Of a stretch of DNA of 64,000 nucleotides, positions 24,371-33,324 are shown one piece after another. The stretch comes from an uncultured Alphaproteobacteria bacterium (GTDB lineage Bacteria; Pseudomonadota; Alphaproteobacteria; CAVTAV01). The notes beneath the pieces are model-generated. The model was given only the letters and a program-made list of their open reading frames with translations, searched no databases and had not been told where the DNA came from. The first letter of the stretch is position 1, and each line of letters begins with the position of its first letter. A program made the translations under genes and the position numbers. The stretch lies in assembly GCA_963822835.1 (NCBI GenBank), contig CAWGIZ010000010.1, forward strand, positions 29,252-93,251. Reading direction: 5' to 3'.

Positions 24371-24842
24371 ATGACGGTCAGCCAAGGCGCTGCGGCGGAA
24401 AATCTCAACGAGGAAGTCGCCGTCCTCGGGCGCGTGCCGCTGTTTCACAGCATCGATCCGGCGAAGCTGAAGCTGCTCGCCTTCACGAGCGACCGGGTGC
24501 GGTTCGCGCCCGATGACGCTGATTTTCCGGGCCGGCGAGCCCGGCGATGCGGCCTATGTGATTCTGTCCGGCACCGCCGGGATCTATGCCGAGGGCGATA
24601 CGGGTCCAGCGGGAAGTCGCCAAGGCCGGAACCCATGAGGTGGTCGGCGAGATCGCGGTCCTGTGCGACGTGCCGCGCACCGCCACCGTCAAGGCGCTCA
24701 CCGAGCTCAGCGCCTACGCCTCACCAAGGAGATGTTCCTCCAGATGGTGCGCGAATTTCCCGACATGGCGATCGAGATCATGCGCCATCTCGCCCGGCGG
24801 CTGGAGGAGACCACCGACCGGCTGCGCCGCGCCGGTATCTGA
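24371..24842 (+). pseudogene. cyclic nucleotide-binding domain protein (or C-terminal module of the ABC protein); 3 frame breaks
   Basis: AGGAGG 24356-24361, ATG 24371. LGRVPLFHSIDPAKLKLLAFTSDRVRF / LIFRAGEPGDAAYVILSGTAGIY / HEVVGEIAVLCDVPRTATVKALTEL / TKEMFLQMVREFPDMAIEIMRHLARRLEETTDRL; TGA 24840-24842. Confidence 0.75.
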
Positions 24843-24858
24843 CCGGCGCCGGATTCCG

Positions 24859-25650
24859 TCAGAGATCGACCGTCACCGATACCGGGACGTGGTCGGAAGG
24901 CCGGTCCCAGCCGCGCGCGTCTTTGAGCACTTCCAGCGTCCTGAATTTCGGCGCCAGGTCCGGCGTGGCCCAGACATGGTCCAGCCGGCGGCCGCGGTTG
25001 GACGCTTCCCAGTCCTTCGCGCGGTAGCTCCACCAGGTGTAGAGCTTTTCGTCGGGCGCGATGAAATTCCGCATCACGTCGACCCAGCCGCCCGCCTTCT
25101 GAGCGCTGGTGAATTTCTCGACCTCGACCGGCGTATGGCTCACCACCTTGAGCATCTGCTTGTGGGACCAGACGTCGTGCTCGAGCGGCGCGACGTTCAG
25201 GTCGCCGACCAGGATCGACGGCGCGCCGGCGGGCTTCTTGAAATATTTCGCGAGAGCGTCGATGAAATCGAGCTTGTGGGCGAATTTATCGTTTGCCTCC
25301 GGGTCCGGGATGTCGCCGCCTGCCGGGATGTAGAAATTGTGGAGATCGATGCCGCCCTGCAGCCGCACCCGGACATGGCGGGCGTCGTCCTTGCCGCACC
25401 AGTTGACCCGCTCGACCTCCTCGAAGGGCTTGCGCGACAGGATGGCGACCCCGTGATAGCCCTTCTGGCCGACCACCGCCGCGTGCTCGAAACCCGCCTT
25501 GCGCAAGGGCTTGTAGGGAAAGTCCTGCTCCTGGGTCTTGATCTCCTGGAGGCACAGCACGTCTGGCTTGGCCTCCTCGATCAGCCGGACGACATTGTCG
25601 ATCCGCAGCCGGACGGAATTGATGTTCCAGGTCGTGATCTTGACGGTCAT
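24859..25650 (-). CDS. xthA: exodeoxyribonuclease III
   Basis: Intact 263 aa. KITTWNINSVRLRIDNVVRLIEEAKPDVLCLQEIK..SDHVPVSVTVDL. Confidence 0.93.
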   Translation of the reverse strand: MTVKITTWNINSVRLRIDNVVRLIEEAKPDVLCLQEIKTQEQDFPYKPLRKAGFEHAAVVGQKGYHGVAILSRKPFEEVERVNWCGKDDARHVRVRLQGGIDLHNFYIPAGGDIPDPEANDKFAHKLDFIDALAKYFKKPAGAPSILVGDLNVAPLEHDVWSHKQMLKVVSHTPVEVEKFTSAQKAGGWVDVMRNFIAPDEKLYTWWSYRAKDWEASNRGRRLDHVWATPDLAPKFRTLEVLKDARGWDRPSDHVPVSVTVDL

Positions 25651-25684
25651 TCTTGGCCCCGATACGCGCTCGAAAAGCGACTGC

Positions 25685-26308
25685 TTAAAAAATGTGCAGG
25701 GAGGTTCCGATCAATCCGAGCGGCCAGCGGCCGGCCTCGAACAGGCGGAATTTATGCGCCGGCGCGGAATCGTCCTCGACGCCGGCGGCAAGCACCAGCG
25801 CGGCCTGATGGGCGGCCTGGATCGCGGCTCCGGCAGCGGCGCGGATGGTTTCCTCGTCGTCATAGCCGGCCCTGAGGGCGGCATCCGCTGCGGCGTTCTC
25901 GATGACCTCCGCGATCATGCCGGAGAGATGGGTGAGCGAGAACGTCAGCAATTCCTCGTCCGTCAGTTCCAGCGCTTCGGCGGTCAAGGCACTTCTGAGC
26001 TGCTCCTCGGCTTCGAAGGCGGGCGTATCGACGTCGAGATTGGTCGCGGCGAACGCGGCCTCGGACCAGTCGACGACCTCGGCGAGCTCGGTCTCGGGAA
26101 AACCCAGCGCTTCGACATAGGCCTTGGCCAGGGAGCGGTCCTGCGGCGTGATCCGCTCGCCGACCCGGGAAAACCAGGGGATGTCCCGGGCGATCCGCGC
26201 AAAGCGCCGCACCGCGTCGAGCGTCGGGAAGTCCTCCTTCAGATCGACCGCGTCGTCATCGTCTTCGAACAGATCTTCCGGGGTTTCGGGAAACCGGCCA
26301 GCCATCAT
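25685..26308 (-). CDS. acidic conserved hypothetical protein
   Basis: Intact 207-aa ORF with strong GC3 codon bias and no family I can name (..DAVRRFARIARDIPWFSRVGERITPQD..). Confidence 0.55.
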   Translation of the reverse strand: MMAGRFPETPEDLFEDDDDAVDLKEDFPTLDAVRRFARIARDIPWFSRVGERITPQDRSLAKAYVEALGFPETELAEVVDWSEAAFAATNLDVDTPAFEAEEQLRSALTAEALELTDEELLTFSLTHLSGMIAEVIENAAADAALRAGYDDEETIRAAAGAAIQAAHQAALVLAAGVEDDSAPAHKFRLFEAGRWPLGLIGTSLHIF

Positions 26309-26709
26309 GTCTCCGGTGCGCCATCGACGCCTGATAGAAATTCGAACATGGGCCCCGGACTATAGGGGAAAGAGCCCCTAAAAAAAAATGGACTTATGCG
26401 TTCCCCGTGCGCTCCCTCGTGCGCCCCCAATGCGCAATGCGCCCGCATGAAATCGAAAGCGCCCGGCCAGATACTCTGGGCCGGACGCTTCCATGCGCTT
26501 GTCGCGCGAGGCGCCGAGAGGGGAAGTCGGCGCCGGGCGGTGGTTCGCAAGGCACGTCAGGGGATCTTGCCTTGCTTTGGGGGGAGTGAACCGACCGCCG
26601 CTTGAGGGTTATATAGGTATTCACTCCGCCGGGTTCAAACCCTCCGCAAGACGCGCTGACGAAAACGTTACCGGACGGCGGTTTGGAGGCGAAAACCTTT
26701 TATTTGCAA

Positions 26710-27384
26710 TTATTTACGAAGGCCGGGCTTGAACGGCTTCATCGGGCGGGGATCGGTATAGGTGAAGGCTTTGGGGTCGATGGCGACGTTTTGTCGCGTA
26801 TCGCTCAGGGTCACCGTCGTCACCTGGCCCTGGGCGTCCATCACCCGCCATTGGCGGAGGTCCAGCGGACCCTTGGTGAAGACGAGGGTCATGGTGCCTT
26901 TGCCGGGCTCCTTCTTGTCGGCCACCGTGAGGCGGATGATGCCATCGGCATCCTCGAGCGCCAGAATATCCACGTCCTGCTCGAGATCCAGATTCTGCTT
27001 CACCAGCACACCAAGCGGCGTGTCGTTGATCGGCCAGCGCGACAGCTGGCGGACATGGGCGTCGATCATGGTGATCCAGTACCCGTCGGCCACTACCAGC
27101 ACCTCGGACGGCGGATCGTAGGCGAACCGCAGATGGCCGGGGCGCGACAGCACGAATTCGCCCGAGCTCAGCGAGCCGTTGGGCGCGAACTGGTCGAATT
27201 TGGCGGTCAGGGTCTTGATGCCGTTGAGATAATCCTGAATGTCGCGAAGGTCGTGCTTCTGCGTTTCCGTGAAGCTGGTCATCGGCTTCGGCACCGTGAT
27301 CGCTGCGCTCAGCGGCGCGGTGGCGAGCCCGAAGATCATGGCCGCGGCGAGGCCGGCCGAAAAAGTCAGGATTTTGCGTTTCAT
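26710..27384 (-). CDS. lolA: outer-membrane lipoprotein carrier protein LolA
   Basis: Intact 224 aa with signal peptide. LTAKFDQFAPNGSLSSGEFVLSRPGHLRFAYDPP. Immediately downstream of ftsK, as usual. Confidence 0.85.
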   Translation of the reverse strand: MKRKILTFSAGLAAAMIFGLATAPLSAAITVPKPMTSFTETQKHDLRDIQDYLNGIKTLTAKFDQFAPNGSLSSGEFVLSRPGHLRFAYDPPSEVLVVADGYWITMIDAHVRQLSRWPINDTPLGVLVKQNLDLEQDVDILALEDADGIIRLTVADKKEPGKGTMTLVFTKGPLDLRQWRVMDAQGQVTTVTLSDTRQNVAIDPKAFTYTDPRPMKPFKPGLRK

Positions 27385-27465
27385 AGGACCGATATGGGCG
27401 CTTGGGCCGGGTGAGAGAAGCGGAAAATGCTCACGCGGCCTTCACGATCGGTCGATGCGGCCGGC

Positions 27466-29820
27466 TCAGGCGCCATGATCCATCACCAGAACCTCGCGCT
27501 TGCCGACATGATTGGCCGGCCCGACGATGCCCTGTTTCTCCATCTGCTCGATGATCCGGGCGGCGCGGTTGTAGCCGATCTGGAGGTGCCGCTGGATGAA
27601 GCTGGTGGACGCCTTGCGCTCCGAGGCCACGAGCGCCACCGCGCGGTCGTAAAGATCGTCGCCGGAGGAGGCGAAGCCGCCCATGCCGTCCTCTTCCTCG
27701 TTGTCGACGGTGACGTCGTAGACATAGTCCGGCGTCGCCTGCTTCTTCAGATAGCCGACCACCCGCTCGACCTCGCCGTCGGAGACGAAAGGACCGTGCA
27801 CGCGGGTCAGCCGCCCGCCGGCCGCCATATAGAGCATGTCGCCCTGGCCGAGGAGCTGTTCGGCGCCCTGTTCGCCGAGGATCGTGCGGCTGTCGATCTT
27901 GGACGTGACCTGGAAGCTGATGCGGGTCGGGAAGTTCGCCTTGATCGTGCCGGTGATCACGTCCACCGAAGGGCGCTGGGTCGCCATGATCAGATGAATG
28001 CCGGCGGCGCGCGCCATCTGGCTCAAGCGCTGGATCGCGCCCTCGACGTCCTTGCCGGCGACCATCATCAGATCGGCCATCTCGTCGACCACCACCACGA
28101 TCAGCGGCAGCGGATTGAGATCGAGTTCCTGCACTTCATAGGTCGGCTGGCCGGTTTCGATGTCGAAGCCGGTCTGGACGGTGCGCTTCAGCTGCTCGCC
28201 TTTCTTGGCGGCCTCGGCGAGCCGTGCGTTATAGGCGGCGAGATTGCGCACGCCGAGCTTGGACATGGACTGATAGCGGTCTTCCATCTCCCGCACGGTC
28301 CATTTCAGCGCCACGACCGCCTTCTTCGGCTCCGTCACGACCGGCGAGAGCAGATGCGGAATGTCGTCATAGACCGAGAGTTCCAGCATCTTCGGGTCGA
28401 TCATGATGAAGCGGCACTGGTCCGGCGTCAGCCGGTACAAGAGCGACAGGATCATGGTGTTGATCGCGACCGACTTGCCCGAGCCGGTGGTGCCGGCGAT
28501 GAGCAGATGCGGCATGGCGGCGAGATCGGCGATGACCGGCGTGCCCGAAATGTCCTTGCCGAGAGAGAGCGCGAGCTTGGAGCTCGACCGTTCATATTCA
28601 GGCGTGGACAGCAGCTCGCGCAGGAAGACGGTCTCGCGCTTCGCATTGGGAAGCTCGATGCCGATCACGGTCTTGCCCGGAATGACGGCGATGCGCGCCG
28701 AGACCGCGCTCATCGAGCGGGCGATGTCGTCCGCGAGGCCGATCACGCGCGACGCCTTGGTGCCGGGCGCGGGCTCGAGCTCGTAGAGCGTCACCACCGG
28801 GCCGGGCCGGACCTTGACGATCTCGCCCTTGACCCCGAATTCGTCGAGCACGGATTCGAGCAGCCGCGCGTTCTGCTCCAGTGCCTCGGCGCTCGCAAGC
28901 TCGATCCGGTCGCTGCGCGACGGCTTGGTGAGGAGGTTGAGCGGCGGCAGCGCGAAGCCGGTCGCGGGTTCGAGATCGAGCAGCGGCTCGCGCTCGCGTT
29001 CCGCGCGGCGGCCGGTCTTGAGCTTCGGCGCGGCAGGAGCGACGCGGCTCCGGGCCGGCGCGGCGGCGATCTCGTCGTCCTCGTCGTCTTCGTCCTCGAT
29101 CGGGGTGACGGGTTTGCGGAGCCGTACGGGCCTTGGCTTGTCGAGCACGGGCTCGCGCCGGCTGGTGGCGAAAGAGGCGACCCGGGCGGTGCCGCGGCCC
29201 GCCGCCATCAGGCCGTTGCCGGTGACCCGGCCGACGGCGCGCCATTCGTGGAAGTGCAGTCCGAGCGCCAGATAGAGCGCGGCGAGCGCGAAGCCGGCCA
29301 GCACGGGTCCGATGACCCAGGGCGCGGGAGAGAGCTTGAAGGCGCCGAAAGCCGCGAGGATCTTGTCGTCGGCAAGCTGGCCGAGCCAGCCGCCATAGCC
29401 GGAATTGACCGGCCAGGACGCGCCATGCGGCAGCACCGCGGCGGTCATGGCGACCAGAATGGCGGCAAGGATCAGGCCGAGAAAGTTCAGCGGAAAGCGC
29501 GGCAGCCCGCGATGGGTCGCGACCTTCACGCCCCAGGTCAGCAGGGCGAGCGCGAAGACGCCCGCGCCGACGCCGAGGATCTGCAGCAGCATGTCGGCCG
29601 CATAGGCGCCGGGCACGCCCACCAGGTTTTCGGGCGCGGCGCCGGAGGCCGTGTTCAGGCTGGGATCGCCGGGGTTATAGCTCAAAAGCGCCAGGCCAAG
29701 GCCGAAACCGGCCAGGGCGATGAAAATCCCCCAGGCTTCGGTCAGGCGGCGCTTCAGGAAACGGGCCGTCGCTTCCGCGACGAGGACGCGTTTCGGGGTT
29801 TTCTTGCTCGTTCGAGCCAA
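27466..29820 (-). CDS. ftsK: DNA translocase FtsK
   Basis: Intact 784 aa with N-terminal TM segments and a Pro/acidic linker. Motor PHLLIAGTTGSGKSVAINTMILSL..LIVVVVDEMADLMM; gamma domain ..YNRAARIIEQMEKQGIVGP. Confidence 0.95.
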   Translation of the reverse strand: MARTSKKTPKRVLVAEATARFLKRRLTEAWGIFIALAGFGLGLALLSYNPGDPSLNTASGAAPENLVGVPGAYAADMLLQILGVGAGVFALALLTWGVKVATHRGLPRFPLNFLGLILAAILVAMTAAVLPHGASWPVNSGYGGWLGQLADDKILAAFGAFKLSPAPWVIGPVLAGFALAALYLALGLHFHEWRAVGRVTGNGLMAAGRGTARVASFATSRREPVLDKPRPVRLRKPVTPIEDEDDEDDEIAAAPARSRVAPAAPKLKTGRRAEREREPLLDLEPATGFALPPLNLLTKPSRSDRIELASAEALEQNARLLESVLDEFGVKGEIVKVRPGPVVTLYELEPAPGTKASRVIGLADDIARSMSAVSARIAVIPGKTVIGIELPNAKRETVFLRELLSTPEYERSSSKLALSLGKDISGTPVIADLAAMPHLLIAGTTGSGKSVAINTMILSLLYRLTPDQCRFIMIDPKMLELSVYDDIPHLLSPVVTEPKKAVVALKWTVREMEDRYQSMSKLGVRNLAAYNARLAEAAKKGEQLKRTVQTGFDIETGQPTYEVQELDLNPLPLIVVVVDEMADLMMVAGKDVEGAIQRLSQMARAAGIHLIMATQRPSVDVITGTIKANFPTRISFQVTSKIDSRTILGEQGAEQLLGQGDMLYMAAGGRLTRVHGPFVSDGEVERVVGYLKKQATPDYVYDVTVDNEEEDGMGGFASSGDDLYDRAVALVASERKASTSFIQRHLQIGYNRAARIIEQMEKQGIVGPANHVGKREVLVMDHGA

Positions 29821-29859
29821 GAGTCCTTCCCTCCTTAACGCCCCACCGCGTTGCGCGAT

Positions 29860-31064
29860 TTATAGCAGTTTGGCAATTCGGTTCAAGGCTTCGCCGACAA
29901 TGTCGGGCGGATCGACCATCGCGACGCGGACATAGGGCTTGCCGGGATTGACGCCCGTCCGGCGCCGGTTTCGCCGATATAGGCGCCGGGCAGAACCATG
30001 ACGGCCTGCTCCCGCCACAGCCTCTTGGCGAAGGCCTCTCCGTCGCCGACATCGAGCCAGAGATAGAACCCGCCCTTGGGCCGTTTGTATCCCGCCTTGC
30101 CCTTCAGGGCCGCCTCGGCCGCCTCGAATTTCTTGATATAGAGCGCCCGGCTCGCCTCGACATGGGTTTCGTCATTCCAGGCGGCGGCGGCGGCGGCGAG
30201 CACGGGGATCGGCGTGGTCGGGCCGGCGAGGCTCCTGAGCCGCTTGTAAGGCCGCGATGATGCGCTTGTCGCCGGCGACGAAGCCGGACCGCAGGCCCGG
30301 CAGGTTCGACCGCTTGGAGAGCGAGTGGAAGATCAGGACATTGGCGAAGGGATCGCCGAGATCGTTGGGAAGCGCCGGCGCAGGCCTCGAGCGCGCCCGG
30401 CGGAGCCTCGTACTCGTAGATCTCGGAATAGCACTCGTCCATGAACAGCACCGCATCGGCCGCGCGGACCCGCTCGATGGTCTCGGTGAGATAGGTCATG
30501 TCGGCGACCGAGCCCTGGGGATTGGCCGGCGAGCACAGGAACAGCGCCGACGCGCGGGCGAGATCCGCGCCCGGCAGCGCCGCGAAATCCGGCAGGAAGC
30601 CGGTATCGCGCCGTCGCGTCCAGCAGGATCGGGTCGGCATGGGCCGCGAGCGCCGCCGCGAGATAGCATTGGTAGAACGGGTTCGGCATCACGACGGCGG
30701 GCTTGTGGCCGCATTTCCGGGTCGGCGTCACCGCCAGGGCCGCGAGGAACAGGCCCTCGCGGGTGCCGGCGAGCGGCAGGATATTGTCGGCGCTGACCAT
30801 GCCGGGCGTGAGCTTGTAGCGCCGCGTCAGCCAGCCGGTTACCGCCTCCTGCCATTCCTCCGTGCCCTGGATCGGCGGGTATTTTCCGAAATCCGCCTCG
30901 CGCGCCTTCAGGATGTCGCCGACGAAGGCCGGGACCTTATGGCGCGGCTCGCCGAAGGTCATGTTGATCGGACCGAGATTGGCCGCCGGCGCGGTATCGG
31001 CGATCAGCGCGCGATAGCGCGGGAACATGTATTCGGGAAGATTGGCGAAACGGTCGTTCAGCAT
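29860..31064 (-). pseudogene. class I/II PLP-dependent aminotransferase (aspartate/succinyl-DAP aminotransferase-like); about 4 frame breaks
   Basis: MLNDRFANLPEYMFPRYRAL..; SPANPQGSV; IFHSLSKRSNLPGLRSGFVAG (PLP-Lys); GGFYLWLDV; tail NPGKPYVRVAMVDPPDIVGEALNRIAKLL* (stop 29860-29862). Breaks near 30605, 30385, 30255 and 29960. Confidence 0.8.
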
Positions 31065-31168
31065 GGCGCACACTCTAGTGAGGCGCGGGCGGGCGAACAA
31101 GCGGTCGCGTTAAGGTCCGGTGTTGTCGGGTCCGGTAGTTGCGCGGCGCAACTTCCCCCCAAAAGATT

Positions 31169-31194
31169 GAGGCCCGGGAGTTATCCCGGGCCTC
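31169..31194 (-). terminator. Rho-independent terminator downstream of amtB
   Basis: Perfect 11-bp stem GAGGCCCGGGA-(4 nt)-TCCCGGGCCTC, followed on the minus strand by AATCTTTTGG. About 80 nt after the amtB stop. Confidence 0.7.
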
Positions 31195-31275
31195 GGCTTG
31201 CGTTCCGGGGGGCAGAACGCATCGTTACCCCTCGGAACCGCCCCACCATCCAAGGGCGGCTCCGAGAGGATCTCG

Positions 31276-32576
31276 TTACGCCACACTCTCTCCGTGAAGC
31301 GCGGTGTCCAGGCCTTCGCGCTCCTGCGTCTTCCGTAACCCGAATGCCGATCACCATGTCGATGATCTTGAGCAGGACGAAGGTGACGATGGCGGTCCAC
31401 AGGATCGTGAAGATGCAGCCATAGAACTGCGTCCAGATCTGGCCGACATTGCCTTCGATCGCGCCGGAGTGACCGCCGATCGCGTTGGACGGCGAACACG
31501 CCGGTCAGCATCGCGCCGACGAAACCACCGACGCCGTGGACGCCGAAGGTGTCGAGCGAGTCGTCATAGCCAAGCTTGACCTTGAGCCAGATCGCGGCCC
31601 AGGCGCAGATGATGCCGGCGGCGATGCCGATCCAGAGCGCGCCCATCGGATCGACGAAGCCGGAAGCCGGGGTGATGGCGACGAGGCCAGCAACCGCACC
31701 CGAGATCGCACCGAGAACGCTGGGCTTCTTGTGGACGATCCACTCAACGAACATCCAGGCCAGCGCCGCCGCCGCCGGTGGCGATCTGCGTGACCAGCAT
31801 GGCCATGCCCGCGACGCCGTTGGAGGCAACCGCCGAACCGGCGTTGAACCCGAACCAGCCGACCCACAGCAGCGAGGCGCCGATGACCGACAGCACGCAG
31901 GTTGTGCGGGGCCATGTTCTCGGTCTTGTAGCCGAGACGCTTGCCGAGCATGATGCAGGCCACGAGGCCGGCCACACCGGAGTTGATGTGAACGACCGTG
32001 CCGCCCGCGAAGTCGAGAACGCCGGCAGTGCTCGAGGAAGCCGCCGCCCCAGACCCAGTGAGCAGATCGGGGAGTAGCACAGGATCGACCAGCCGGTGAC
32101 ATAGACAGAGCACCGCCGAGAACTTCATGCGGTCGGCCACCGCGCCGAAAATCAGCGCGGGGGTGATGATCGCGAAGGTCATCTGGAACATCACGAAGAC
32201 GCTTTCCGGAATCGTGCCGGAAAGGGTGTCGACACCGACGCCTTTCAGGAAGGCCGCGCTCAGGTCGCCGACATAGGCGCCGTCGCCCTTGAAGGCGAGG
32301 CTGTAGCCGAGAACCATCCAGATGATCGTCACGAGGCCGGTGATGGCGAAGCTCTGCATCACGGTCGCGAGCACGTTCTTCTTGCGCACCAACCCGCCAT
32401 AGAACAGGGCGAGGCCGGGAATGGTCATCATCAGAACGAGCGCGGTGGATGTCAGCATCCACGCGGTATCGCCCGTATCCAGCTTGGGCGCATCTTCGGC
32501 GAAGGCGGCCGCGCTCATGAGCGAGCGAGTCGCCCAGCGGTCCGAGGCCGATACAAGCTCTCTTCAACAGTTTCAT
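31276..32576 (-). pseudogene. amtB: ammonium transporter AmtB; at least 6 frame breaks as assembled
   Basis: DTGDTAWMLTSTALVLMMTIPGLALFYGG; [19 protein letters not shown]; [14 protein letters not shown]; VLGAISGAVAGLVAITPASGFV; DDSLDTFGVHGVGGFVGAMLTG; tail EREGLDTALHGESVA* (TAA 31276-31278). 10 nt downstream of glnK. Confidence 0.9.
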
Positions 32577-32585
32577 TGCTTCCTC

Positions 32586-32924
32586 CTACAGGGCGTTTTC
32601 GTCGGTCTCGCCGGTCCGGATGCGGACGGCTTGGCCGAGATCGAGGACGAATACCTTGCCGTCGCCGATCTGACCGGTTTTCGCCGCGGTCTTGATGGCA
32701 TCGACGACCTTGTCGACCTGCCCGTCCGGAACCGCGATATCGAGTTTGACTTTGGGGAGGAAATTCACGGCGTATTCCGCACCGCGATAAATCTCGGTGT
32801 GGCCACCTTGCCGTCCAAAGCCCTTGACCTCGGTCACGGTCATGCCCTGGATGCCAAGGGTCGTTAAGGCCTCGCGAACTTCGTCCAATTTGAACGGCTT
32901 TATGACCGCCGTTACGAGCTTCAT
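32586..32924 (-). CDS. glnK: nitrogen regulatory protein P-II (GlnK)
   Basis: [43 protein letters not shown] (T-loop Tyr). 112 aa from the second Met. Paired with amtB. Confidence 0.93.
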   Translation of the reverse strand: MKLVTAVIKPFKLDEVREALTTLGIQGMTVTEVKGFGRQGGHTEIYRGAEYAVNFLPKVKLDIAVPDGQVDKVVDAIKTAAKTGQIGDGKVFVLDLGQAVRIRTGETDENAL

Positions 32925-33027
32925 GCCTATCTCCCTCACTTAAGTGTGGTCGTGACAACCAAATCGCCCCTCCGGTTCCCCAGCCCCTCAGGAAGAGGAA
33001 AACGGTTCAAGAGCTTGCGCAGCCTTT

Positions 33028-33043
33028 TTCAAGAACCGTGCCG
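33028..33043 (-). promoter_or_regulatory. candidate sigma54 (-24/-12) promoter of glnK-amtB
   Basis: Minus strand reads CGGCACGGTTCTTGAA versus consensus TGGCACG-N4-TTGCW (GG correctly spaced; -12 GC is GA). About 100 nt upstream of the glnK start. Confidence 0.45.
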
Positions 33044-33116
33044 GAATCCGGTCCCATCGCTAAGCGCTTGGAATCTGCGGGTTGAATCCGAACGGGAATG
33101 AATCGGAAAGCGGCAA

Positions 33117-33146
33117 TGCGCATAATTTTTGCACTATTTTTGTGCA
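33117..33146. promoter_or_regulatory. NtrC-type enhancer sites (TGCAC-N7-GTGCA dyads)
   Basis: TGCACTATTTTTGTGCA (33130-33146) matches the 17-bp NtrC dyad TGCACC-N5-GGTGCA in both half-sites. Overlapping weaker copy TGCGCATAATTTTTGCA (33117-33133). More TGC..GCA motifs up to 33190. Confidence 0.5.
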
Positions 33147-33324
33147 GCAAAGACGGCATTGCATAAAAATAAGGCGCTAAATTATGCGCACCGAATAAGC
33201 ATTTGGTAATACAACCCGAACGAGCGCCTAAAGATAAGTCATCGCCGGACGCGGCGGGTGAAACGATCTGGCCCCACGGCGCGCGCTGGGCTAAGAGAGT
33301 CGGGAGGCGGATCGGAGGCGCGGG

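Noticed and set aside
22820-25027. 542-aa minus ORF (22820-24448) and the tail of the 730-aa plus ORF beyond about 24510
   Set aside because: The minus ORF is antisense to the ABC NBD. The plus ORF loses cNMP-domain similarity after a frame break and then reads through the convergent xthA gene as nonsense. The true end is the TGA at 24840-24842 in another frame.
26309-26709. Possible RNase P RNA, tmRNA or SRP RNA in the 400-bp gap
   Set aside because: GAGGGGAAGTCGGCGCC only loosely resembles the RNase P GAGGAAAGTCCGGGC core. The other universally conserved blocks are absent. There is no tmRNA tag frame or tRNA-like end, and no SRP GGAA/AGCA motif. It is kept only as an unassigned structured interval.
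27427-29838. 803-aa plus-strand ORF
   Set aside because: It is antisense to intact ftsK, and its composition (R/G/A/D/H runs) is typical of a shadow frame.
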